NCBI GenBank assembly: GCA_965237525.1
Contig: CBDEFO010000008.1
Coordinates: 1,280,001 to 1,344,000 of the forward strand
Direction: 5' to 3'
From: Candidatus Latescibacterota bacterium
Lineage (GTDB): Bacteria > Latescibacterota > CBDEFO01
DNA: 64,000 bases
The translations under genes were made by a program, and so were the position numbers. The notes beneath the pieces are model-generated. The model was given only the letters and a program-made list of their open reading frames with translations. It did not search any database and was not told the origin of the DNA. Positions 20,759-30,299 of this stretch are shown piece by piece. The stretch's first letter is position 1. Each line of letters begins with the position of its first letter.

Positions 20759-21388
20759 TCATTTCTTAGCCAGCGCTTTCTCTAGGATCGCGCGCAAATC
20801 CGGCGGAAGGTTCAGCGCAAGTGCAGCTTCATGTCCCCGGGGAGACATCTTCTTCCAGGTCTTTCGGATAATACCGATCAGCTTACCTTCGTCATGCTGC
20901 TTGGCAAAATCGGCAAAATAGTTTTCCAGAAAAACCAGGCAGATGACGTCTTCCAAGAGTTGAACCTCCGGATCCAGTTTCAATTTCTCCTTTCGCAGGA
21001 GCACCTGCACACGACTGACGATTTCTGAGTCATAACCGACGTCTCTTAGAATCTGGCCGGCGCTTTCCGCGTGAAACTTGGCAAGGTTAGTCCGCCATCT
21101 TTTGTAACCACTCCGATCCATCGGGTAGTCACTGCGCGGGATGGTCCAACGGCGGATGTGCTGACAGCGGGCGGCGAGTTTCAACGCTTCGGAGGCATCG
21201 GGACCAAGCACCTCCAGCCACGCGGTCATTCTTCTGGAGTAGAGCAGCTCTTTCGGGTACTCGACCGTCTCAAAGACCTCCCTGTTGGGGTCTTCGCTGT
21301 TGGCGGCATCGAAGCGGATGATTGCTTGGTCGAAGCGCACAGGGTCTGAAATCTCGGTAGGATTCCTCACTTTGGGATAATCACACAC
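20759..21388 (-). CDS. DUF4202 domain protein
   Basis: FDAANSEDPN, AARCQHIRRWTIPR..YPMDRSGY..WR, LEDVICLVFL and KTWKKMS. Confidence 0.85.
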   Translation of the reverse strand: MCDYPKVRNPTEISDPVRFDQAIIRFDAANSEDPNREVFETVEYPKELLYSRRMTAWLEVLGPDASEALKLAARCQHIRRWTIPRSDYPMDRSGYKRWRTNLAKFHAESAGQILRDVGYDSEIVSRVQVLLRKEKLKLDPEVQLLEDVICLVFLENYFADFAKQHDEGKLIGIIRKTWKKMSPRGHEAALALNLPPDLRAILEKALAKK

Positions 21389-21654
21389 ATAGTCTTTTTA
21401 TCTTGCCTTACAGCAGGAAGATCAGCTGCGCTGAAACTTTACTCTTGCCGACAGATACTTTTATCCAACAGTCTGTGAAGCAAATATCTTTTCCAGTCCC
21501 TCTCTCGACCGGTCAACTGCTCCACTCAGTAGCCATTGCTTACGCTGTTATCTCCTAAGGCATTGTGGTAATATCAGCCATAGTCTTGATGCATGAGTTT
21601 CGAAAGCTTGCGTTACCTTCGGTGACGAAGAGTCCTAACCTTACCATACGATAG

Positions 21655-21873
21655 TCATACATCGGGCGAGCCGGTGGCTCCGCGCGGCAACGCCTCACCC
21701 CAGTCCTCGAAGTGCACAAAATCACGCGTCACCAGGTGAAACCACGGCGTTCCCTGTCCGCGCCCGGTCTCGTCCCGATAATCCTTCAGGTAAAAGAGAT
21801 GGTAGTCACCTCTCCAGTAAAAGGGGATGAAATCGGCAGCCACACCGTCAGAGGGGCGATAGAATATGGTCAT
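21655..21873 (-). pseudogene. Truncated GH32-type glycoside hydrolase (N-terminal ~70 aa only)
   Basis: AADFIPFYWRGDYHLFYL...WFHLVTRDFVHFEDWGEALPRG followed by a stop; the rest of the beta-propeller is not visible. Confidence 0.7.
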
Positions 21874-21965
21874 AGGTTGTGTACCTTCCGTTGCTCGAGC
21901 GCAGCTGAAAAGTGTCACTTTCCCGGTCAGATCGAACCTAAAATGACGTCATCGCGTGCCCCTCT

Positions 21966-22985
21966 TTAAAGCTCCCTGAGGCTCGACCCATTAGTCGCCG
22001 ATTCCAAGATCGCCAGGTTTACCCTCAGGGTCTGTATTCCTTCGTCGAGCGAGCACAAAGGCTTGGTACCCATCTCAACTGCGTCAAGAAAAACGTTGGC
22101 CTGCCGTATAAAAAGTGTATCGCGTTCCAGCGCGTCGCACGGTTCATCATTCCAGTCTTCGTCCGGCACTGTTATCCAACGCCATCGATGTCTGTGCGAC
22201 TCGAAGCGGGCGGTGCCCTGACTACAGACCACAGTTGTGGTCGTTTCATTGGGGGCCTGATGTTGATTGTAGTTGTAACTGCCCAGCACCGACCCCTGCC
22301 GTGTTAGCACACAGACGGTGTCTTCCACTTCGACGCCGTCCAGCACCTGATGCGCCGCATCAGCCACGACACGATCCACCGGACCGACCAGCCATTCACC
22401 GGCATTGACCAAGTGAGTCAACCCATCCTGGATGGCACCACCTCCGGTAGCCCGATCCGCGTAGTAGATCTCGCGATAGGCGGGGCGGTATGTGGGGAAG
22501 TGCTGGCCTGCCACGATCACGATCTGAACGGGTGCACCAAAGCGCCCGCTGTCAATGGCCCGCTTCATCTCTGCAAGCGCCGGCTGGGCGCGGTGGTTAT
22601 AGCCTACGGCCGCAACGATCCCCTTCTCTATTACTAACTGGCGCAACTGTTCGACACCTTCAAGGCTCGTGGCCAACGGCTTTTCGATTAAGAGATGATG
22701 CCCCGCTTCAGCCACACGAGTAGCTATAGGCACGTGCAGGTGAGCCGGGGTGGCCACCACAGCCGCCTTGTCCCCGATTGCATCTATCGGGGAATCGAAG
22801 ACGCCACCCAGCGCAGAGTCGAGATTTGAGTAGGTCCGCGTTACCCCGTAGCGATCGGCGATTCTCTGGCGAACTTCGTCGCCTATCTCGCATATGGACA
22901 CGTCAGCACGGCCGGTGGCCCCGAAGCATCGCACGTGGCGCTCGCCAATAGAGCCGACACCTATGACTAGGACCTGTACCGGCAT
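21966..22985 (-). CDS. Gfo/Idh/MocA family oxidoreductase
   Basis: IGVGSIGERH, VVATPAHLH, LLIEKP and GGGAIQDGLTH; contains the micro-palindrome at 22773-22791. Confidence 0.9.
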   Translation of the reverse strand: MPVQVLVIGVGSIGERHVRCFGATGRADVSICEIGDEVRQRIADRYGVTRTYSNLDSALGGVFDSPIDAIGDKAAVVATPAHLHVPIATRVAEAGHHLLIEKPLATSLEGVEQLRQLVIEKGIVAAVGYNHRAQPALAEMKRAIDSGRFGAPVQIVIVAGQHFPTYRPAYREIYYADRATGGGAIQDGLTHLVNAGEWLVGPVDRVVADAAHQVLDGVEVEDTVCVLTRQGSVLGSYNYNQHQAPNETTTTVVCSQGTARFESHRHRWRWITVPDEDWNDEPCDALERDTLFIRQANVFLDAVEMGTKPLCSLDEGIQTLRVNLAILESATNGSSLREL

Positions 22986-23275
22986 TCTGCTTCCCTCATC
23001 TTATCTAGCTTCCTTATTGACTGTACAATCACTTCGTTCCTAACAATGACACCTCTGTAGAACCTGAGCCAATCTTTACAGTAAGTACCAAGTCAAAATA
23101 GTCCGGACAGACTATAGAGATACAATGAGTAGACAGCACGCGGGGATGGCAAACGGTGCCCTGTCTACGCCCGATTGAATCCCCAATTGATTCTATCGAG
23201 GATCAGGGCTACCGACTACCGTCTGCTCACTTAACATCCGCTCAACTTCAGGGCTGTGCAACACCGATTTGCTTA

Positions 23276-24126
23276 ACCTCACGATGGCTCAGTCATTTTC
23301 TCTTTTAATTGGCGGGAAATTTCAGCAAGATGCCCATCGTTCGCCATCACCTGCTCCAGATGCCGCATCCGTTCCGGGCCAGCCGTCCGAACCATTTTCT
23401 CGCCATAATTTCGATCAATCCAGAAGCGGGCCGATCTTCCGATATAGGTACGCAGATCTTCCAAACGGTCGTAAGGATAGCATTGGCATAGGTCATGGTA
23501 AACATCCGCCTGCGACGCCCACCGCCGAATGAGGCGTGCTTTGTATTGTGGTTAAGTCAAACCACATCCCCTAACTGTGTCTCTAATGCTATTGCCGGTA
23601 CGTCCTTGTCGTGCGTACCCCATCGTTCAAGACACTGCTGAATCTGCTCTTGAAGTAGTCCGTCAGCATAACGATCTCCAAAGAGATGGCTGCCCGGAAT
23701 CACGCGAAGGGCTCCCGTGTCACGGGTTAAGGGGTCAAGGTAAAAGGCTATTTTGAGGTGCATGGGATCTTCTGCCCTGTGCGCTCCATTGGAATGCCAA
23801 TGCGTGTCCCCCACGTAGTACTTTCCATCGCTGCCCATATAGTTGAAATCATCTCCCAACAGGCTGGTCGCAATTCCCAAGATACGCGGGTCGTCCAACA
23901 GAGAAGAGAGGATCTCACTTTGATCTATGAAGGGAACGATACAGGAGCGGGCTTTCCCATCATGCGGCTTCCCGTCATGCCCTCCCCCGTGTGTATCCCA
24001 AACTGCTTCAAACTCCCTATCAATCTCCGCGCTGCGATCTTCTACCAGGCTGGGGAAACTAAGATAGCCAAAAGTACCGAAGAAATTGATTTGCTGGTCA
24101 GTCAGTCTGTAATCTTGGTTTTTCAC
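23276..24126 (-). pseudogene. Phytanoyl-CoA dioxygenase (PhyH) family pseudogene
   Basis: LTDQQINFFGTFGYL, THWHS, GALRVIPGSH, then GDVV*LNHNTKHASFGG (TGA 23557-23559), a frameshift near 23490, and a C-terminal frame continuing to 23279. Confidence 0.8.
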
Positions 24127-24220
24127 TTAGAACTCCCCTGCGTAGTTTAATCGTATTTCTTTGTATATTCAGTATTTTATACGATCTACCTTTAAATTTG
24201 AAGTACCCAAGAGATCTCTG

Positions 24221-25636
24221 TTACTCCCCTAATCTTAACCTAATCCAGTCTCTAATCCCATTCCTGCTCTCTGTGCTAATCAACGTTATCTGGATGCCGT
24301 GGGCATCGGTATTGCGAACCGTTCCTGAAGTCCTCGGTCGAGATGTACGCTGGAACATGATGCTGGCCATAAATACGGAGGCAGTATCATTTCGAGACGC
24401 TACAAAGAAAATGGAATTAGGACTGAAGCTCTCAACATCAGCTCCCACAAACCGGGGAGTCAGTAGTAGAGTCTCTCCAGTACTTGTGTTCTGCAAAGCT
24501 ATAGGTGAAATTGAAACAGTAGTCTTGATCTGGCTGAAAGACCCTGCACTTATATACGCGATGTTGGCCCCTAAATCCTCGCCGATGAGGGCTATTTTGC
24601 CTGTATCTACCTCAGATTGGGCAGAAAGCCACGCTAAAGCCCCTTTAACATCCAAAGGCATGTTTTCCAGATCCTGGATAGTCAGGGTACAAGTTAGGTT
24701 GTCAGTTGACCTCTCACACGAACGACCGCCGGGATCTTCGCTTTGTCCGTGTCCTCGGAAGTCTATCCGAAGCACAGCGTATCCTTCCTCAAGGAGCTCG
24801 ACTGTGAGGGGACTGACTAGCCAATTGTCGCGGTTGGAGCCCAGCGAGTGGAGGAGGATTACCACAGGGAATGTTTCGCTATCTAAATTGGGAAGGGTCC
24901 ACCCTCCAGATATGATAAGATTGTCGTCCGTGGAGAAGCTGACGCTCTGTATAATAAATCCGACCGTCACAACCACTTCATCTGGCTCACTGTTAGCTAT
25001 ACCATCATTGACCACCAGACTGATCAGATACCTCCCGGCGACCGAAGCCGTAAAAGTGGGCCGCGCATGGGTAGAATCACTCAGGGCGATCCCCTCAGGG
25101 GCTATCCAGCTATAACTCAACTGATCCCCATCGGCATCGGTGCTCCCACTCCCGTCCAACTGGACTGTCGAACCTACGGGTACAGCCTGATCAGGACCTG
25201 CATCCGCCACGGGAGGACTATTTGCGGTCGCTGTCCTGCCGAAGCTATCCAGAAAAAGCACAAAGTCAGATAGACCAATTTCTCCATTACTATCCAGATC
25301 GAATCTGGGATCCCAGTCGGCTGAACTAGTAGTTGCCCCAAAAGAATCCAGAAAAAGCACAAAGTCGGACAGACCTACTTCGTTGTCACCGTCGAAATCT
25401 CCTACCAGGCCGGAGATCTCAGCAAGGTGGGACAGATTCCACGACACAGACACATTATGGCTGTCCTGGCTGACCGCAGCCAGGACATTATCGGCATTCC
25501 ACTCAGTACTGAAAGCTGAAGGTGAGAGATCCTCAACCGTAAAGTCAGTCTTGGGTGCAAAAAGGTCCTGTGCTTGGACAGGCGCATTCAAAGCGACTAA
25601 AAGGATCAGAGCTATGTGGGAGGCTTTCCATCTCAT
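24221..25636 (-). CDS. Secreted alpha/beta hydrolase-fold protein with dockerin-like EF-hand pair and PKD/REJ-like domain
   Basis: Signal peptide MRWKASHIALILLVALNAPVQA; GDFDGDNEVGLSDF repeat; PPVADAGPDQ..VQLDGSGSTDADGD; DFRGHGQS; nucleophile elbow reads GEDLGA. Confidence 0.8.
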   Translation of the reverse strand: MRWKASHIALILLVALNAPVQAQDLFAPKTDFTVEDLSPSAFSTEWNADNVLAAVSQDSHNVSVSWNLSHLAEISGLVGDFDGDNEVGLSDFVLFLDSFGATTSSADWDPRFDLDSNGEIGLSDFVLFLDSFGRTATANSPPVADAGPDQAVPVGSTVQLDGSGSTDADGDQLSYSWIAPEGIALSDSTHARPTFTASVAGRYLISLVVNDGIANSEPDEVVVTVGFIIQSVSFSTDDNLIISGGWTLPNLDSETFPVVILLHSLGSNRDNWLVSPLTVELLEEGYAVLRIDFRGHGQSEDPGGRSCERSTDNLTCTLTIQDLENMPLDVKGALAWLSAQSEVDTGKIALIGEDLGANIAYISAGSFSQIKTTVSISPIALQNTSTGETLLLTPRFVGADVESFSPNSIFFVASRNDTASVFMASIMFQRTSRPRTSGTVRNTDAHGIQITLISTESRNGIRDWIRLRLGE

Positions 25637-25740
25637 TTCAGGGATTCCTTTGTCACAGCCGATTCCCGGCGCCTGCCGCTGAGGGACTTTCCCAGAAGTA
25701 GTCTCGATTATCCATCCTGCAAGTTCCCACTGGTTGCAGG

Positions 25741-27234
25741 TCACGCCAGCCGATTGATTCCATCGAACGCCGCGGTCTTGTAACACTCGGCCAGCGTGGG
25801 GTAATTGAATACCGTGTTCTCGAAGTAGTCCACTTTGCCACCAAACGCCATGACAGCCTGCCCGATGTGGATAAGTTCGCTGGCTCCCTCGCCAATAATG
25901 TGGACTCCCAAAAGTTGACGCGTTTCAACGTGAAAGATTAGTTTCAATAATCCGGTGGTGTCGCCGATGATCTGCCCGCGTGCGATCTCTCGGTACTGTG
26001 CCTTTCCCACTTCGTAGGGGATGTCCTGTTCGGTTAGCTCTTCTTCGGTGGAGCCCACGGTCGAAATTTCAGGAATGGTGTAGATGCCGTAGGGGAAAAG
26101 CTCTGGCATACTCTCTGCCTCGACACCGAAAGCGTGGCAGGCGGCTAAACGGCCCTGCTCCATCGATGTGGAGGCCAAGCTGGGGAAACCGATCACATCG
26201 CCAACAGCGTAAATGTGCGGAAGCTCCGTCTGGTAATTTTCATCTACCTTGAGCCGACCGCGCTTATCGGGCTTTATTCCCACAGCTTCTAAGTTCAAGT
26301 TTTGTGTTGCACCAGTGCGACCGATGCTATACAGTGCTTTCTCGGTGATGATTTGCTTGCCGCTGTCCAGGTGGATCTTCACCTGTTCGCCACGTCCTTC
26401 GGTGATAGGCTCGATGCCGCTGACCTCCTCGCCCAAGCGTAGCGTGAGGCGATTCTGACGCAGGTGGTAGATCAAAGCATCCACGATCTCGGAATCTATG
26501 AAGTCCAACAGGCGAGGCCTTTTGTCTATCAACGTTACCCGGACGCCGAGCGCAGCGAAAATACTGGCGTATTCGCAGCCGATCACCCCTCCACCGACAA
26601 CCGCCAGTGTGCGAGGAGCGCGGTCAAGCTTAAGGATGTCGTCGCTGGTAAAAATGAGCTTCTCATCAAAGGGGATATTAGGACCCCGGGTTACTTCTGT
26701 CCCTGTGGCAAGAACAGTGCTGGCGGCAGTCACCTCCCTGATACCTGTTCCGGATCTCCTATTCTCACCTGAACGTCTATCCTGCACGCCCTCAGTGCTG
26801 GGAAGATTGGATACTCTCCTGTCCGACCGCTGACTACGATCAGTCACATAATCCAGGAGTATGGTGTGTTGATCCACGAATGAGGCTTTTGCTGTAATCA
26901 GCTCGACTTGGTTACGCATCAATTGATGACTTGTTACGTCACGCTCATTGCGTGTTACGTGGTCCACCCGAAACAACAGATCCTCCATTGTGACTTCTTG
27001 CTTAACTGTGTAAGATGCGCCGTACAACCCACGTAATCGGTATCCGGACAGGTGCAACACTGCTTCGCGCAGGGTCTTGCCGGGGATTGTGCCGATATTA
27101 ATACAGACGCCTCCGATCATCGCTTTAAACTCCGCGATCGCCACGCGTTTGCCCAGCTTGGCAGCCTGGATCGCTGCTCGCTGTCCAGCCGGGCCGGAGC
27201 CGATCACGAACAGATCAAAATCGAACTCGGACAT
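25741..27234 (-). CDS. sthA: Soluble pyridine nucleotide transhydrogenase
   Basis: IGSGPAGQRAA, GGVCINIGTIP.KTLRE, GVIGCEYAS, LASTSMEQGR, GIYTIPEIS and FNYPTLAECYK. Confidence 0.92.
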   Translation of the reverse strand: MSEFDFDLFVIGSGPAGQRAAIQAAKLGKRVAIAEFKAMIGGVCINIGTIPGKTLREAVLHLSGYRLRGLYGASYTVKQEVTMEDLLFRVDHVTRNERDVTSHQLMRNQVELITAKASFVDQHTILLDYVTDRSQRSDRRVSNLPSTEGVQDRRSGENRRSGTGIREVTAASTVLATGTEVTRGPNIPFDEKLIFTSDDILKLDRAPRTLAVVGGGVIGCEYASIFAALGVRVTLIDKRPRLLDFIDSEIVDALIYHLRQNRLTLRLGEEVSGIEPITEGRGEQVKIHLDSGKQIITEKALYSIGRTGATQNLNLEAVGIKPDKRGRLKVDENYQTELPHIYAVGDVIGFPSLASTSMEQGRLAACHAFGVEAESMPELFPYGIYTIPEISTVGSTEEELTEQDIPYEVGKAQYREIARGQIIGDTTGLLKLIFHVETRQLLGVHIIGEGASELIHIGQAVMAFGGKVDYFENTVFNYPTLAECYKTAAFDGINRLA

Positions 27235-27838
27235 TCTCTAATCTCCTTTTTTGCAGACAACGCTTCTCCATGTGATAGTGTACGTCCCTCGGGTCATAGG
27301 TAGTTCACCAGCTTCTGTATAGTAAAGAGCTTCTTGTCTTCAGTTACGCGACTTTGCGGCCTGGCGGAACAGATGCTCACCTGACCTCAAAAGGATTCTT
27401 CAATTATCTTTACTGCAGGTGCAGCACTGGAATTCACTAAAGATAGCAATTCTTGGAGTCCTTGTCAATGTCAAGTGAACTTTAAAGGGGTGGAAGGACA
27501 AGATATGTGGCTGTGGTTTGGAACAACGATGGCGTTTTGTATCTTTGGACGACCAACAACGATCATACGATGGCAGCGGGATCTCGCACTTTGAAAACGT
27601 CGGGACTGACGAGTATCCGGCCTTCTTCCAGAAAGTCTAGCTAAGAGTCAACGGCAGGGAGCTAACGATAGGCGCTGGCACGCTGCAAATCCCGCGTCTC
27701 CGATCGGTTCAAGACGGGTCGAATAGATCTCATAGTCGGACAGGGAGACCGGTATGTCCATCTCTGCATCGGTAATGTGATTGCAGGGTACCCGCGGCGT
27801 TACGGGTGAGCCGTCTTGCTTGATATTATACGAGGTGA

Positions 27839-28435
27839 CTACAGAACCGTTTGCATCCCACTGATAAAATCTTTCTTACCGCCGTGAGAGGGATGCCGAA
27901 TGTAGATTATTTTCTCGTCAGGAAATAGTTCCATTAGTGTCGCCTCGCCAACCCGACCGAGTGAGCAAAACCTCTTCGGCTTAAACAACTCATAGACAAT
28001 TTTCAAATACTCCTTTCCTTCTTCTATCTCCAAAGCGTCAGGCTTTCTGTTGCTCCTGGCTATGCCGCTAATATAAGGATGAAACGGAAAGGCATTCCAC
28101 AAAATGGGGACCGGCCTGTCGTCCCCCAGTAAATCCCAGAAGATTGTCGCTGTCCTTTCGGAGGCAACCTCGCGCAGTTTAATTTTCCTTCCAATCTCTT
28201 TGAATACCTTGCCCGCGGACTCCCCTATAGAAACCCCACTTGTAAAAGGTATCCCTGTGAGTCTACAGCCACTATATCCGGGAGCTTCACCTACTATAAA
28301 CACCTCGTGCCTGTTTCGAAGTAGATAGTCGAAGTATAATCTCAGATTATCCCGAATGTCCTGATCTTGATACTGGTTAAACACAGTATGGGACGATTCT
28401 CTTTTCGATAGAGATCTTAAGAGATAGTTTAGCAT
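27839..28435 (-). CDS. Uracil-DNA glycosylase-like protein
   Basis: VGEAPGYSGCRLTGIPFTS, SERTATIFW, WNAFPFHP, SNRKP and IRHPSHGG. Confidence 0.85.
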   Translation of the reverse strand: MLNYLLRSLSKRESSHTVFNQYQDQDIRDNLRLYFDYLLRNRHEVFIVGEAPGYSGCRLTGIPFTSGVSIGESAGKVFKEIGRKIKLREVASERTATIFWDLLGDDRPVPILWNAFPFHPYISGIARSNRKPDALEIEEGKEYLKIVYELFKPKRFCSLGRVGEATLMELFPDEKIIYIRHPSHGGKKDFISGMQTVL

Positions 28436-28730
28436 ATCCTGTGCGCCTTCACATTCGGCTACAGCCTACTGATCTGGAACATGTTAATAGATAGCAGACA
28501 GCGTACAGGAGTGAGGAGGTGCCCTTTCTAGCCCTGATTGAATCCCCGATTGCCCCCGAATGATTCTACCCCCGATAGATTCAATCGGGGGGGCGGGAGT
28601 AAGTAATTCTCTGCCTGACTACCTCCCTTGCCTAGAGATTGCTCCGGGATGAACCCCCTCGCAATGACCTAAGCAAATGGCAAGCAACATTGTCAAAGCA
28701 AAGCCAGGCAATCTCATCACAATAGTATTG

Positions 28731-29431
28731 TCATTGTCCTATAATAGAAACCAACGTTTTTAGATCAGGAACCTCCAGATCGGGCTCACCCCTTTTGGAC
28801 AGCGTCGCTCCAGATCCCTCTTTCCCCTGTCTCCTGTTGACCCAGACGGCAGATAGGCCTACCGCCTTTGCCGGAACTATGTCGTGATACATACTCTGTG
28901 CAACGTGCAACATTCTTTCAGGTGAAATGCCGATTCTCTTAATAGCAAATTCGAACTTATGCAACGAAGGCTTATAGGTCTTCGCCTGCTCGGCAGTTAT
29001 GATCCAGTCAAACACAACTTCAAGATGCTTTGCCGACAGTTCAAAGAGATCATCATCTATATTAGAGATAATGGCAAGTCTAAACCTAAACTTACTCTTT
29101 AAGTCTCGCAATGCCTGAACAGTGTAGGGGAACGGCTTCCAGTCTCCGAGTGAATCGACAAGACAGTCCAGTTCGGATGGCGCAGGCTCAAAACTGAGCT
29201 TTCCCCCAAACTGTCGCAATACCTCTTTGAGAATCTCTCTATACTTGATATATTGCACCTTTTGCGCTTCTGACTCTATCCGGGCATAAAGCTCGAGAAT
29301 CCGCTCCTCGTTGAGTTTTACACGATGAGTTACAAAACCGATCTCAGTGCCGATAGTATGCCGCTTTCCCAATCGATAAGCGTGCCGTAACAATCGAAGC
29401 TCAGGACTTCGTATCTATTAAAGTCCATCAT
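28731..29431 (-). pseudogene. Haloacid dehalogenase type II, frameshifted near 29330
   Basis: 5' frame MDFNRYEVLSFDCYGTLIDWESGILSALRSVL* is out of frame with the body (ISNIDD, YKPS, HVAQSMYHDIVPA). Confidence 0.8.
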
Positions 29432-29469
29432 AGAACTTAGCGCAGCAGAGTCCCGTTAGACAGCAAACA

Positions 29470-29571
29470 GAGATTGCTTCGCTGCCCCTTCGCTCTGCTC
29501 TGGCCTTCAGCTCGCAATGACAGTTTACTCCTCCTTTGGTCATTGCGAGGGCATTCAGTCCGAAGCAATCT
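29470..29571. repeat. Inverted pair of GTCATTGCGAG...GAAGCAATC REP-like hairpins
   Basis: GAGATTGCTTCG...CTCGCAATGAC followed by GTCATTGCGAG...GAAGCAATCT; related units at 12370, 12477, 28634, 31277, 31410 and 39569. Confidence 0.75.
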
Positions 29572-29603
29572 TGGAGGATGGGAGGTGGTGCCCTGTCTAC
29601 TGT

Positions 29604-30299
29604 CTAACCAGACAGATTGTCTGTTCTACTGTCCACTGTCTGGTTGGAAGAGGAACCAAAGCGGCATCTCTCTTGAATGGGACATTTTGAACATATGGGG
29701 ACACTTTTGCAGGTGGTGTTGCCCAACTTTACAAGGAGAGCGTGATATTCGTTGAAAAGCTGTGCATCCTTTGGAAGGGATCTGTGAAATAGCTCCTGTA
29801 TCTGATGGTAGTCCGTTTTTCCGTCCGTAATACCGACCCTTTCAAGTATCCTTTGAGTGTAGACATCCACGACGAAGACAGGTTTATCCAAGGCGTAAAG
29901 GAGGATGCTGTCCGCCGTCTCAGGGCCTATTCCGTTTATTTTGAGAAGTTGGCACCTCAAGCGGCCCATCTCCATCTTCCCCATCTCTTCGACATCGCCG
30001 CCGTATCGTCCGATAAAGTAGTTCAGGAAGTTCGCCAGCCTCTTTGCCTTGACCCTGAAGTACCCCGCAGGTTTTATGACTTCAGACAATTTGTCCGTAT
30101 CGAGCCGATATATCGCAGAGGGAGACATCAAGTCCTGTCTTTTGAGATTGGCGATAGCCTTCTCAACGTTCTTCCATGAGGTATTCTGAGTCAATATCGC
30201 CCCGACCATCACCTCAAAGCGGGATTCGGCAGGCCACCAGTGCATCGGGCCAAAATGATCCGAAAGCCTACCGAAGATGTCTGTTAGCGTCGCCCTCAC
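29604..30299 (-). CDS. Endonuclease III-related HhH-GPD DNA glycosylase
   Basis: WWPAESRFEVMVGAILTQNT.W.NV, GIGPETADSILLY, FVVD, EYHAL and CxxxPxCxxCPxxxxC cluster. Confidence 0.9.
   Translation of the reverse strand: MRATLTDIFGRLSDHFGPMHWWPAESRFEVMVGAILTQNTSWKNVEKAIANLKRQDLMSPSAIYRLDTDKLSEVIKPAGYFRVKAKRLANFLNYFIGRYGGDVEEMGKMEMGRLRCQLLKINGIGPETADSILLYALDKPVFVVDVYTQRILERVGITDGKTDYHQIQELFHRSLPKDAQLFNEYHALLVKLGNTTCKSVPICSKCPIQERCRFGSSSNQTVDSRTDNLSG

Noticed and set aside
23557..23559. In-frame TGA in the PhyH gene as selenocysteine
   Set aside because: The same gene has a frameshift ~70 bp downstream and another probable premature TGA near its end; pseudogenisation is the simpler explanation
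24198..25115. 305-aa plus-strand ORF (also 46094-46876 and many short antisense ORFs)
   Set aside because: They are antisense shadows of well-supported genes and carry no recognisable motifs
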